Below, in pieces: positions 1 to 8,652 of a stretch of 64,000 nt of DNA. The translations under genes were made by a program, and so were the position numbers. This stretch comes from an uncultured Bacteroidales bacterium (GTDB taxonomy: Bacteria; Bacteroidota; Bacteroidia; Bacteroidales; PUMT01), in NCBI GenBank assembly GCA_964520585.1, contig CAZFOO010000002.1:9672-73671 (forward strand), read 5' to 3'. The notes under the pieces are model-generated. The model saw only the letters and a program-made list of their open reading frames with translations. It was not told where the DNA came from and searched no databases. Positions within the stretch are counted from its first letter, which is position 1; every line of letters begins with the position of its first letter.

Positions 1-159
1 TTTAATAATCCGACAAAAATAAGGTAAAATGTTAATTTAACTGGATTAAAGTCAGGTTTTTTACAATACTGGTTTATGAGAATAAATTATAGTTATCGTA
101 CTTTTTATCCTTATTTTACTATAACAATGTATTTGTATTAAGTATTTCACTCTAATGGA

Positions 160-290
160 ACCTGCATGGTTTATTGACCTGAGGGTCGATTTCACATGCA
201 ATAATAAGTTCTTTTAGCCATATTCATCTGATGTGAAATTCATGATTCAGATATTTTGCTTTTCAATCCATGATACCCTTATAGTTTGCC
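160..290 (+). repeat. Intergenic repeat family, copy R1: core TTGACCTGAGGGTCGATTTCACATGCA at 174-200, distal block at 224-288
   Basis: The core and the distal block (tcatctgatgtgaaattcatgattcagatattttgcttttcaatccatgataccc) align by eye to 8434-8460 / 8528-8569 and to 50174-50200 / 50221-50247. Confidence 0.7.
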
Positions 291-453
291 CATTTTATTT
301 TTGTATCGAAGTACTATGAGGTCTTCATACAGAATAGTGGTGTTAAAAAAATGGGATTAAAGATCATATTGCTCATTGATAAAAGAGCCTGTTGTAAACT
401 ATTATAAGTTTATGTTACTTTTGCCATGATTAACCATTCCTTTTGAAGTTAAA

Positions 454-1902
454 ATGATAAACCTTAAGGAGCATTTCAAGCTATCGGCTGTATATACCTT
501 TTTTGCCGTGTTCCCGGCCCTGCTCCAGCTTATCGTTTACCCCATAATTGAGGGGGAAAACCGGCTTGGTGCTGCTGATTTTGGTCACCTGGCTATTACT
601 GAGGCTATCATATCCATGGTTTTTCTTATCTGCACCTTTGGCATGGGGACAGGCATAGCAAGGTTCTATTATGACCACAAAGATGATAAAACAGGTTACA
701 ACTACCTGGTTTCATCTGTTTTGAGCGGTATTTTAGGTCGCGGACTATTACTGATGGGACTGGTACTGGTGCTCGGTCCTTATGCAGGAAGTCTTTTCCC
801 GCTTCCCGCTCTTCAAAATTTCGGCGAATATGGTCCCTCCCTGGTTATTGCCGGTTTGAACAGGTCGGTTATCGCAACTCTATTGGTACTTTACAGAAAT
901 GAAAAGAGGTTAAGAGCATTTGTAATTGTAAGTTTTTTTTCAGGAGTGCTCAGATCCGGATTTCAACTTGTGGGTGTATTCCTGTATGATCTGTCTTTCA
1001 TCGGTTATGTCTACGGGACGGCTGCAGGAGGGGCTATCCTGGCCTTAATTCTTGTTTTATATACCTACGGAAGCTGCGGAATGCATTATAAGCGCTCCCT
1101 GTTGAAGGCTTTGCATAAATTTGCCGGTCCGCTTTTTTTGACTGAGTTGATATATTGGGGACTCTTATTCGCCGACAGGTTTTTTCTTATCAATAATCCT
1201 GGTGAATTGGGTATATATGATAATGCTATGAAATTTGCCATTGGCATTCAGATGATAATCCAGGGCCTGACCAGCGCCGTTCAGCCGGAAGTTTACCGGT
1301 ACATGAAACAGGGGGTGAAAGAGAAAGAAAATGAAATAAAAACCTTATCAAACCTTTTTATAGCTGAAGCTGCCGGAATAATAGCTTTTAGCATTTTACC
1401 GGTAATGCTGTTTATCCAGCTGTTTTATGAAACAGAGCTGACTCTGTCGGGGGGACTGGTGGCAATTGTTTTTGTGCGGTTTATACTCAGGGCACAATAC
1501 CAGGTATTTTCCTGGCCTCTGCTCTTTAAAAAGAAATCGAATGTATTCTTTTATATTAATTCTGCCGTTCTGATAATTAATCTGGGAATGAACTGGTTTC
1601 TCACACCAGCTATTGGTTATTATGGCGCCGTTATAGCATTCCTCACCGCTTTTATTGTCCAGATAATCGCGTTGAAAATAATACAGAACAGGATTGCACC
1701 GGTCGGTTATAACTACAAAAAGGTGTTTTATTTTCCACTGGCAATGATTATTGCAGCAGTATTACTGGAGATAATTAAACTGTCTTCACCGGCAGGTCCG
1801 TTTCTTACTTCGGGCATTCTGGTTTTTTTGATTATCGGGGGACTGGTAATTTTGTACCGGGGGGAGCTTTTAAAAATTTTCCTGAAATTAAGGTCTAAAT
1901 GA
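454..1902 (+). CDS. Polysaccharide biosynthesis protein / oligosaccharide flippase (Wzx, MOP superfamily-like)
   Basis: 482-aa ORF that is hydrophobic throughout, with many predicted TM helices. It sits next to polysaccharide-modification genes. Confidence 0.7.
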   Translation: MINLKEHFKLSAVYTFFAVFPALLQLIVYPIIEGENRLGAADFGHLAITEAIISMVFLICTFGMGTGIARFYYDHKDDKTGYNYLVSSVLSGILGRGLLLMGLVLVLGPYAGSLFPLPALQNFGEYGPSLVIAGLNRSVIATLLVLYRNEKRLRAFVIVSFFSGVLRSGFQLVGVFLYDLSFIGYVYGTAAGGAILALILVLYTYGSCGMHYKRSLLKALHKFAGPLFLTELIYWGLLFADRFFLINNPGELGIYDNAMKFAIGIQMIIQGLTSAVQPEVYRYMKQGVKEKENEIKTLSNLFIAEAAGIIAFSILPVMLFIQLFYETELTLSGGLVAIVFVRFILRAQYQVFSWPLLFKKKSNVFFYINSAVLIINLGMNWFLTPAIGYYGAVIAFLTAFIVQIIALKIIQNRIAPVGYNYKKVFYFPLAMIIAAVLLEIIKLSSPAGPFLTSGILVFLIIGGLVILYRGELLKIFLKLRSK

Positions 1903-3201
1903 TGCCTCAAGTTTTGTTATCTGGGCATATTCAATCACCATCCTTACACTTCTTTCCACCTGCCGGTCGATTCTTCTCCTGTTGTACCTTACTTTTTTGG
2001 GATCAAACCAGCTCAGGTCATTATGATACTTTCCGATCAGATCAATTGCTTCATCTATACCGGTTTTCCGGCAGTCAATAGCCAGAAAATCATCCAGAAA
2101 CTCCGCCATGATATCAGTATATTTTATATGCCAGGCAAGGCTGATTACCGGTGTTCCCATGTATAATGCAGATGCAACCGAATGATAACGCCCCGTGATG
2201 TAAAATGAAAGCAGCCCTATAACAGCCCTGACCTCACTGTATGAAAGTTCTTCTCCGGTTATAAAAACATTCTCTTTTTCTCCTGTCTCATCCATTAGCT
2301 CTCTGGCAAGATGAAAGTCGCATTTATTTGGGTCTATCCTGTCCATTGCATGTGGAATAATAAGAACCTGGAAACCGCGGCTTCTGTATTCACCGATAAG
2401 CCTTTTACTAAGTGCACGGTGATTAAGCCCGACAGAATTATTGCTGTCTGCTGAAGTTATGCCGCTTAGCACCCTGCTGGGAGAAATTCCAATTACAGGC
2501 TTGGCGGGATCTATTCCGAGGGAAACAAGGTAATCTGTTGCTTCAGATTTTGATGCGGGTTTTAGTACAAGTGAAACGTCGGGAAACAGATATAAAGGTG
2601 TTTTAAAATTGAATTTTCTCAGATATTCAAGATTATTGCCTCCCCTGATAAAAAGGAAAGGCAGATCTTCCAGTAATCTTTTGGTTATGCGCCTGAACAG
2701 AAAACCCTCAAGAGGTCCGTATGATTTGGTATATTTGAAATATGGAGTAGCATGCCGCTGCGACATTTTTTGGAACATGCGGCAAAAGAGTAACTCACCC
2801 CATTTCTTTTTTATTCCGCTGTTACCAATAAATTCGATTCCTGCCATATCAATAACCATATCTGCTTCTTCTACCGATTTAACCAGATTACGGTACATAT
2901 TAACAGGACCAGATTTTTTACCGTGTTTATAAAACCCTGGCAAAAAAAACAGCTTTTCTGCAAACTTAACAAAGGGGTGTAACATATCTATCAGAAAACT
3001 ATATTTCCAGTAACTTAACAATCTGATGTTCCTTTCCTCTGCAAATTCAATGTTTGGTTTGTTATAATAAGCAGACTGCACCGGCATAGTAAATTCAACA
3101 TCTGCAATTTTTTTCATTTTCCGGATAAGCGGCAGTACAAGTCCCTGAACACCATAATTATATTTCAGGTCATATACATCGGTAATAACTATCTTCATCA
3201 T
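1888..3201 (-). CDS. Polysaccharide pyruvyl transferase family protein
   Basis: 437-aa ORF. The C-terminal region (ITGRYHSVASALYMGTPVISLAWHIKY) is typical of CsaB/WcaK-type pyruvyl transferases. Its 3' end overlaps the flippase 3' end by 15 nt. Confidence 0.65.
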   Translation of the reverse strand: MMKIVITDVYDLKYNYGVQGLVLPLIRKMKKIADVEFTMPVQSAYYNKPNIEFAEERNIRLLSYWKYSFLIDMLHPFVKFAEKLFFLPGFYKHGKKSGPVNMYRNLVKSVEEADMVIDMAGIEFIGNSGIKKKWGELLFCRMFQKMSQRHATPYFKYTKSYGPLEGFLFRRITKRLLEDLPFLFIRGGNNLEYLRKFNFKTPLYLFPDVSLVLKPASKSEATDYLVSLGIDPAKPVIGISPSRVLSGITSADSNNSVGLNHRALSKRLIGEYRSRGFQVLIIPHAMDRIDPNKCDFHLARELMDETGEKENVFITGEELSYSEVRAVIGLLSFYITGRYHSVASALYMGTPVISLAWHIKYTDIMAEFLDDFLAIDCRKTGIDEAIDLIGKYHNDLSWFDPKKVRYNRRRIDRQVERSVRMVIEYAQITKLEASFRP

Positions 3202-3287
3202 TGCATGAATTTAACAAATTAACCGGAACGACGGTCTCTATATTACAAAATAAGTCAACTGCTTTTACACCAGTATAAGCCTGATAA

Positions 3288-4595
3288 TCACACCCTGTCT
3301 TTTCTTTTCAAAACTATTCCGGTGGCATAGGCTATCATTTCTTTAAGCTTAAAGGGCAGGAACTCCAGTAATCTCATATGTCTGAATTTACGATCAAATT
3401 CTTTAGAAGTGCCGGAAGAGAAAAGTCTCACTGACCGTTCAAAGCGCTTAGCGGCTTTATGGTTCGTTTTAACTTTATGGTTGGTAGCGGGTATCGGTGG
3501 ACCGTAATCCGGTACATACCTGCCTCTCTCTTTCCAAATAGAAACTGAAGTATTCCAGGTGGCCCTTCTGGTGGCTATATCCTGCCCTTTTTCAATCTTG
3601 TTAAGATCTGCCGGTCCTAACTCAATATATCCCTTCTTCCCGGCGTCCTTAAGCAATTCTTCTCCCCTCTGTGTCCAGCAAACTGCTGCTGTCTGTCCCT
3701 GCCTGGATTTATCTAATCCCCAGGTATCACCGAGTGAAATATCAGAATACATATTCAGCTTGTCATGGCAAAGAAAACAATAAGGAGGTTTTAAAAATCT
3801 TTTTACAAAGACTCTCTTTGAATTGGGGACTTCCACTGTTTCTCCCTCTTTTGTCTCAATAACACAGTTCCCGGGAAAAGATCCGTAACGTTTATCAATA
3901 TATCTGAATCTGCTTATTTCTTTGGCTTGGATCTTTGTACCGGAAATAAGATGGTCAATTGTTTTATAAGATAATACTGAGTCACAGAATAATCCTATTA
4001 TAAAAGGTTTTTCTTTACCTTTCTTTTTATGGGCCAGATAATTGTGTAGCCCTCTTATCTGGCATGAAAGTCCCACATATACCAGGTTCCCGGTGTCATC
4101 AATATCCTTTAGGACCGAATTCAAACCAACCGGTCCATACCAGGAAGACTGTGCTGGAGATAAGTCCGCTCCACTTTTAAAAACAACAGGCCCGTGTCTA
4201 AGAGGATTTTCTTGTTGCGCTGTTAAAAGCGCTTTATTTACAATTCCACTGTCCAGCAAATAAGAAACCAGTGCGGTGGCAATACCTCCGCTCTTGCCAT
4301 TTTCTTTAACAGTCCTGCTTCTGGCATAACCACAGAAACCGGATAATGGCCGCCCCGAAAAAGGATCTGCACCGGAACGGATCAGTTCCGGCAAAACATG
4401 GGTTGCGGAGCAAACTTTTGTGCAGGCTCCACATAAAATGCACTTTTCATGGTCAACTTCAGCCTGCAGCAGCCCGGTTGGTGATTCATAAATACTAATG
4501 CAATCGACCGGACAAACAGACACACAGGTAGCACATCCGTTACAGAGTAACTCATCTGCAACAAATTGCACTGTGACTGTTTTATCCTTTACCAT
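3288..4595 (-). CDS. Coenzyme F420 hydrogenase/dehydrogenase beta-subunit-like protein with an N-terminal 2x[4Fe-4S] ferredoxin domain
   Basis: Two CxxCxxCxxxCP-type motifs (CNGCATCVSVCP, CILCGACTKVC) followed by an FrhB-like body. This family is commonly paired with pyruvyl transferases in polysaccharide loci. Confidence 0.6.
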   Translation of the reverse strand: MVKDKTVTVQFVADELLCNGCATCVSVCPVDCISIYESPTGLLQAEVDHEKCILCGACTKVCSATHVLPELIRSGADPFSGRPLSGFCGYARSRTVKENGKSGGIATALVSYLLDSGIVNKALLTAQQENPLRHGPVVFKSGADLSPAQSSWYGPVGLNSVLKDIDDTGNLVYVGLSCQIRGLHNYLAHKKKGKEKPFIIGLFCDSVLSYKTIDHLISGTKIQAKEISRFRYIDKRYGSFPGNCVIETKEGETVEVPNSKRVFVKRFLKPPYCFLCHDKLNMYSDISLGDTWGLDKSRQGQTAAVCWTQRGEELLKDAGKKGYIELGPADLNKIEKGQDIATRRATWNTSVSIWKERGRYVPDYGPPIPATNHKVKTNHKAAKRFERSVRLFSSGTSKEFDRKFRHMRLLEFLPFKLKEMIAYATGIVLKRKDRV

Positions 4596-4615
4596 AAGAC
4601 GCTTAACAAATTGTG

Positions 4616-6982
4616 TTACTTTAAATTAACTTCAAACAGCTTCAGTATACGCCGGTATTCATCAACCCAGCTGCTGGTTTCAGTAAATGAATGCCGTTCT
4701 ACCGGATATACGGCAAGTTCCCAGTCCTCTTTTCCCAACTCTATCAACCGTTGAGTCAGCCGAACAATATCCTGGAAATGTACATTATCATCAACCATGC
4801 CATGACACATTAAGAGATCTCCCTCGAGTCCTTCGGCAAAATAAATGGGAGAGCTGCGAACAAACGCCAGACTGTCACTTACAGGTGTATTGAGAATATT
4901 TGATGTATAACCATGATTATAATGTGCCCAGTCAGTTACCGACCTTAAGGCAGCACCGGCAGAGAATATATCCGGATGGTTGAACATCCCCATAAGAGTG
5001 ATAAATCCCCCGTACGAGCCACCGTATATCCCGATACGGGAAGGATCTATATCATACTCTTCAACCAGGAACCGGGCACCATCAACATTATCGGAAAGAT
5101 CCTTCCCTCCCATATGCCGGTAGATACCGGTCCGCCAGTCGCGGCCATATCCGGCACTGCCCCTGTAATCGATGTCTAAAACTGTATACCCTTTATCTGC
5201 CAGCAAATTATGGAACATATATTCCCTCAGATAACTGCTCCACCATTTATGCGCATTCTGAAGGTAACCGGCACCATGAACAAAAATAACTGCGGGTCCG
5301 TCCGGATCAGGATCTTCAGGCCGGTAAAGCCTTGCCCATACTTCCTCTCCGTCCCCGGCAGTAAAGGTAAGGAGTTCCGGTTCCCGCCATTCATATTCCT
5401 TAAATTCCGCGGTCAGTGAATTAGTTATCCGGGTGTAACCGGCACCAGGTTTATTGTCCGCTATAAACAACTCCCAGGGTTTATTAAAATATGAATACCT
5501 TACAGCCAGTTTTTTACCATCGGGTGAGATAACTGCATCATTTCTTCCCTCCTTCTCCGTGATCAGGGTCCGCGCTCCCCCCTCAAGAGGCATACGGTAA
5601 AAATGACGCTCTCCCGGATGCACTTCATTAGATGCAAAATACCAGTGTTTCCCGTCCGGTGATATCTCTGGATCATAAATCTCGAAATTACCTGATGTCA
5701 GTGCCTGCTTTTCACCGGTATTTACATCAAGTGTATAAAGATGAGACCAGCCTGTCTCTTCTGACTGGAACCAGATTTTATTGTTACATGGCATCCATCC
5801 CATGCCGCCACCGCCCCAGATATTTATACCGGGGCCGGCAATCCATGCTTCATCCCTCTGACGGTCAAGTAAACTTAACTCTCCGTTTTCAGGGTCGAGC
5901 AACATGATCCATCTGTCTTTGTTATCTTTTGCCCTGATATTAACGATTGCATTTTCCCCGTCTTCCGACCAGAATATGCCAGTTACCAGAACCTCCCGGT
6001 CCTCATCAAGCTCTTCGCCTTCAAAACCATATTCTATTCTGTATTCGGGCACATCCCTTATGCCGGGTATATCAGTTGTTTTTATCTCATAACTTGTTTT
6101 TTTTTCAATATTATAGATTCCGGCAGAAACAGACATCCCGGGCATTCCAACCTTAGCATTGGTTGTTGAATGTTCGGTATATCCAGAGAAAGTAACAAAT
6201 TCGGGTATAATGGCCTGTTTTGCATCCTGCCGGGAATAAAGGGAATAGGTTACAAATTTTTCTCCGGCATTCAATTGTATGTTTCCTGCAGTTGCATTCC
6301 CGGTATATATTGTAAGAGGCCTTTCAGGCTTATCATTTTCTCTCTGCTTTTCTCTCTGTTCCTCCATCTCCTTCCTTTCCCGGAGGACCTCAAACAGATC
6401 TAACTGCTGTTCTTCCAGCCATTGATCCTGTGGACTTCCGGATCCTTCAGCCGGCTTGCTTCCCTTGCGGAAATCAGTAACCTGCCTCGTCTTTCCCGAT
6501 ACCAGGTCTATCACAAATAAATTATTCCCGGAAACATAGCTTATACCTTTTTCATCTTTGGTAAAGCCGGGCGATGAAGCTCCCTGAAGTGTGTTAGTAA
6601 GCTGTATTGTTTCGGATCGTTTCAGATCTCTGATAAAAATATCCCCGTTTTTGATATAGATTATCTTTTCCCTTTTCTTGTCGTAAACTACTTGCCCTGG
6701 AGGGAGTTCTCTTCGCTGGCGGGGACTGACCTTTTGGACTTCACCGGTTTTTAAATCATAGCTGTATAATGAATCGGAGGGAAAACCTTCCGGATTCCAC
6801 TGAAAATAGATTGTTCTGCTGTCTTGTGACCACCAGGGATTTCCGGGCTGGGGACCGATATACTCGTCTCCCTTCATAATATTCTCAAGTGACAGGAAAG
6901 TTCCCGACTGAGCATACAGATAAACTGTAAAAAGAGGTAATAAAGAACAAGCCGCCAGGATAGCTACAAAGCGTCGTAACAT
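4616..6982 (-). CDS. S9 family serine peptidase (prolyl oligopeptidase / DPP-IV-like), secreted
   Basis: 788 aa with an N-terminal signal peptide, a long propeller-like N-terminal region, and a C-terminal alpha/beta hydrolase carrying GGSYGG (GxSxGG nucleophile elbow). Confidence 0.8.
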   Translation of the reverse strand: MLRRFVAILAACSLLPLFTVYLYAQSGTFLSLENIMKGDEYIGPQPGNPWWSQDSRTIYFQWNPEGFPSDSLYSYDLKTGEVQKVSPRQRRELPPGQVVYDKKREKIIYIKNGDIFIRDLKRSETIQLTNTLQGASSPGFTKDEKGISYVSGNNLFVIDLVSGKTRQVTDFRKGSKPAEGSGSPQDQWLEEQQLDLFEVLRERKEMEEQREKQRENDKPERPLTIYTGNATAGNIQLNAGEKFVTYSLYSRQDAKQAIIPEFVTFSGYTEHSTTNAKVGMPGMSVSAGIYNIEKKTSYEIKTTDIPGIRDVPEYRIEYGFEGEELDEDREVLVTGIFWSEDGENAIVNIRAKDNKDRWIMLLDPENGELSLLDRQRDEAWIAGPGINIWGGGGMGWMPCNNKIWFQSEETGWSHLYTLDVNTGEKQALTSGNFEIYDPEISPDGKHWYFASNEVHPGERHFYRMPLEGGARTLITEKEGRNDAVISPDGKKLAVRYSYFNKPWELFIADNKPGAGYTRITNSLTAEFKEYEWREPELLTFTAGDGEEVWARLYRPEDPDPDGPAVIFVHGAGYLQNAHKWWSSYLREYMFHNLLADKGYTVLDIDYRGSAGYGRDWRTGIYRHMGGKDLSDNVDGARFLVEEYDIDPSRIGIYGGSYGGFITLMGMFNHPDIFSAGAALRSVTDWAHYNHGYTSNILNTPVSDSLAFVRSSPIYFAEGLEGDLLMCHGMVDDNVHFQDIVRLTQRLIELGKEDWELAVYPVERHSFTETSSWVDEYRRILKLFEVNLK

Positions 6983-7157
6983 AAAGCAGGGATTTAATTT
7001 TGTAAACAGCCTGCAAAATACAAAAAAAGTTGGTTAAGGCTGCCAATTTTAATACTCATGAGGCCACGGTAAACAAATAATTGTCCGGAAAATGAGTTTT
7101 TATCTATCCTGGATAACTATCATAACTAATTGACCTAATAAGGATTCAATCAATTAA

Positions 7158-8108
7158 TTAAACTCTTTCTCCTGAAGGTAAGGCTTCACGGAATTCCTGT
7201 GGTATCATGTCAATAATATTCAGGATCTCCTCCACGTCGAGCGAAGTTAAAAGCCTAAGTCTTGTTTCCCTGAAATTTACCAGTCCCTTAAAATAGGCAA
7301 CAAAATGACGCCGCATTTGCAATATTCCCACTCTTTCTCCTTTCCTTTCAATCGATTTGAGAAAATGCTCCTTTGCTATCTGCGATTTTTCAAGCAGGGT
7401 CAACGGAGGCAATAATGTCCCCGTATCCAAATAATGCCTTATTTCCCTGAAGATCCATGGTCTCCCCACCGTGGCACGTCCTATCATGATCCCGTCAACA
7501 CCATACCGGTCAAACATCTCTTTTGCCCTTTGAGGCGAATTAACATCCCCGTTACCAAACACGGGAATTTTCATGCGCTGATTATTCTTAACCTCACCAA
7601 TAAGATGCCAGTCCGCGCTCCCCTTATACATCTGCGCCCTTGTTCTTCCATGTATTGTTATAGCCTTAATACCAACATCCTGAAGTCTTTCGGCGACCTC
7701 AACGATGGGTTTGCTGCTTTCATCCCATCCCAGGCGGGTTTTTACAGTAACCGGGAGGGATGTGGCTTTAACAATTTCCGAAGTCATTTCAATCATCAAC
7801 GGAATATTCCGAAACATACCCGACCCCGCACCCCGGTTCGATATTTTTCTAACAGGGCATCCATAATTTATATCTATCATTTCGGGCGCTGATCTTTCAG
7901 CCATACCAGCAGCATTAACCATTGCTTCTGTAATATGTCCGTAAAGCTGGATTCCCATGGGTCTTTCGTAATCAAATATATCTAGTTTCTGCACACTTCT
8001 CCTTCCGTCGCGGATTAATCCATCGCTCGAGATGAATTCGGTGTACATAAGATCAGCTCCGAATTTTTTACACATATACCTGAATGAAGGATCGGTGATA
8101 TCCTCCAT
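7158..8108 (-). CDS. dusB: tRNA-dihydrouridine synthase (DusB-like). The conserved N-terminus continues in frame upstream to about 8162 without a canonical start codon
   Basis: MEDITDPSFRYMCKKFGADLMYTEF plus a TIM-barrel Dus body. Upstream in frame reads LVKIENTELRDKPLLLAP before the first ATG. Confidence 0.8.
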   Translation of the reverse strand: MEDITDPSFRYMCKKFGADLMYTEFISSDGLIRDGRRSVQKLDIFDYERPMGIQLYGHITEAMVNAAGMAERSAPEMIDINYGCPVRKISNRGAGSGMFRNIPLMIEMTSEIVKATSLPVTVKTRLGWDESSKPIVEVAERLQDVGIKAITIHGRTRAQMYKGSADWHLIGEVKNNQRMKIPVFGNGDVNSPQRAKEMFDRYGVDGIMIGRATVGRPWIFREIRHYLDTGTLLPPLTLLEKSQIAKEHFLKSIERKGERVGILQMRRHFVAYFKGLVNFRETRLRLLTSLDVEEILNIIDMIPQEFREALPSGERV

Positions 8109-8240
8109 TGGGGCAAGTAAAAGCGGCTTATCCCTTAGTTCTGTATTTTCTATTTTAACCAGATGCTTAAATTTATTTCAATAGTGAACATAACAAGATT
8201 TAGGTTGTAATATTGCTTAATTTTTAAGATTTCTGAATAT

Positions 8241-8578
8241 TTATCCTGTAAAAAGCAAGGAGTCAAAATTTCGTCAAGAGGGTACAAAATTTTAACATGC
8301 GGTTGATTATACATGCTATTATTAGTTCTATTCGTAGTATTCATCAGATGTATAATTGATCTGTGGTCTATTTTGAATGCAACCGACTTTACATTTTGCT
8401 AAACTGATCTGATGAAAAATTCAGATAAAAAATTTGACCTGAAGGTCGATTTCCCATGCAATATATTGCGTTTTGTTGTTATATTCTTATAAAGTATAGT
8501 TAGCACTGTGGTTAACAATGTGTTAATAATTCATGATCCGGATATTTTGCTTTTCGGTCCATGGAACCCTCATATATT
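8241..8578 (+). repeat. Intergenic repeat family, copy R2: proximal block 8241-8297, middle block 8385-8460 with core hairpin TTGACC-TGAA-GGTCGA at 8434-8449, distal block 8528-8578
   Basis: The blocks align by eye to 40245-40300, 50121-50200, 250-288, and the inverted copy at 57481-57560 (shared caatatattgcgtt). Confidence 0.75.
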
Positions 8579-8652
8579 ATTGAGATAAAAATATTAATTT
8601 CGTTGATTCCATTAAAAAAGAGATGTTAATCTAATTGCTAATATAATAGACT

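Noticed and set aside
7434-7892. 152-aa plus-strand ORF
   Set aside because: Antisense shadow of dusB. No motif.
8150-8344. 64-aa minus-strand ORF. Similar repeat-embedded ORFs at 50079-50264 and 57446-57643
   Set aside because: They lie in intergenic repeat or promoter DNA. The frames are not conserved between repeat copies.
8412-8492. Idea that the repeat encodes a small peptide (MKNSDKKFDLKVDFPCNILRFVVIFL)
   Set aside because: In copy R3, a 1-nt difference in the A-run puts a TGA after 8 codons. Copy R1 lacks the ATG. Differences between copies are not biased to synonymous positions.
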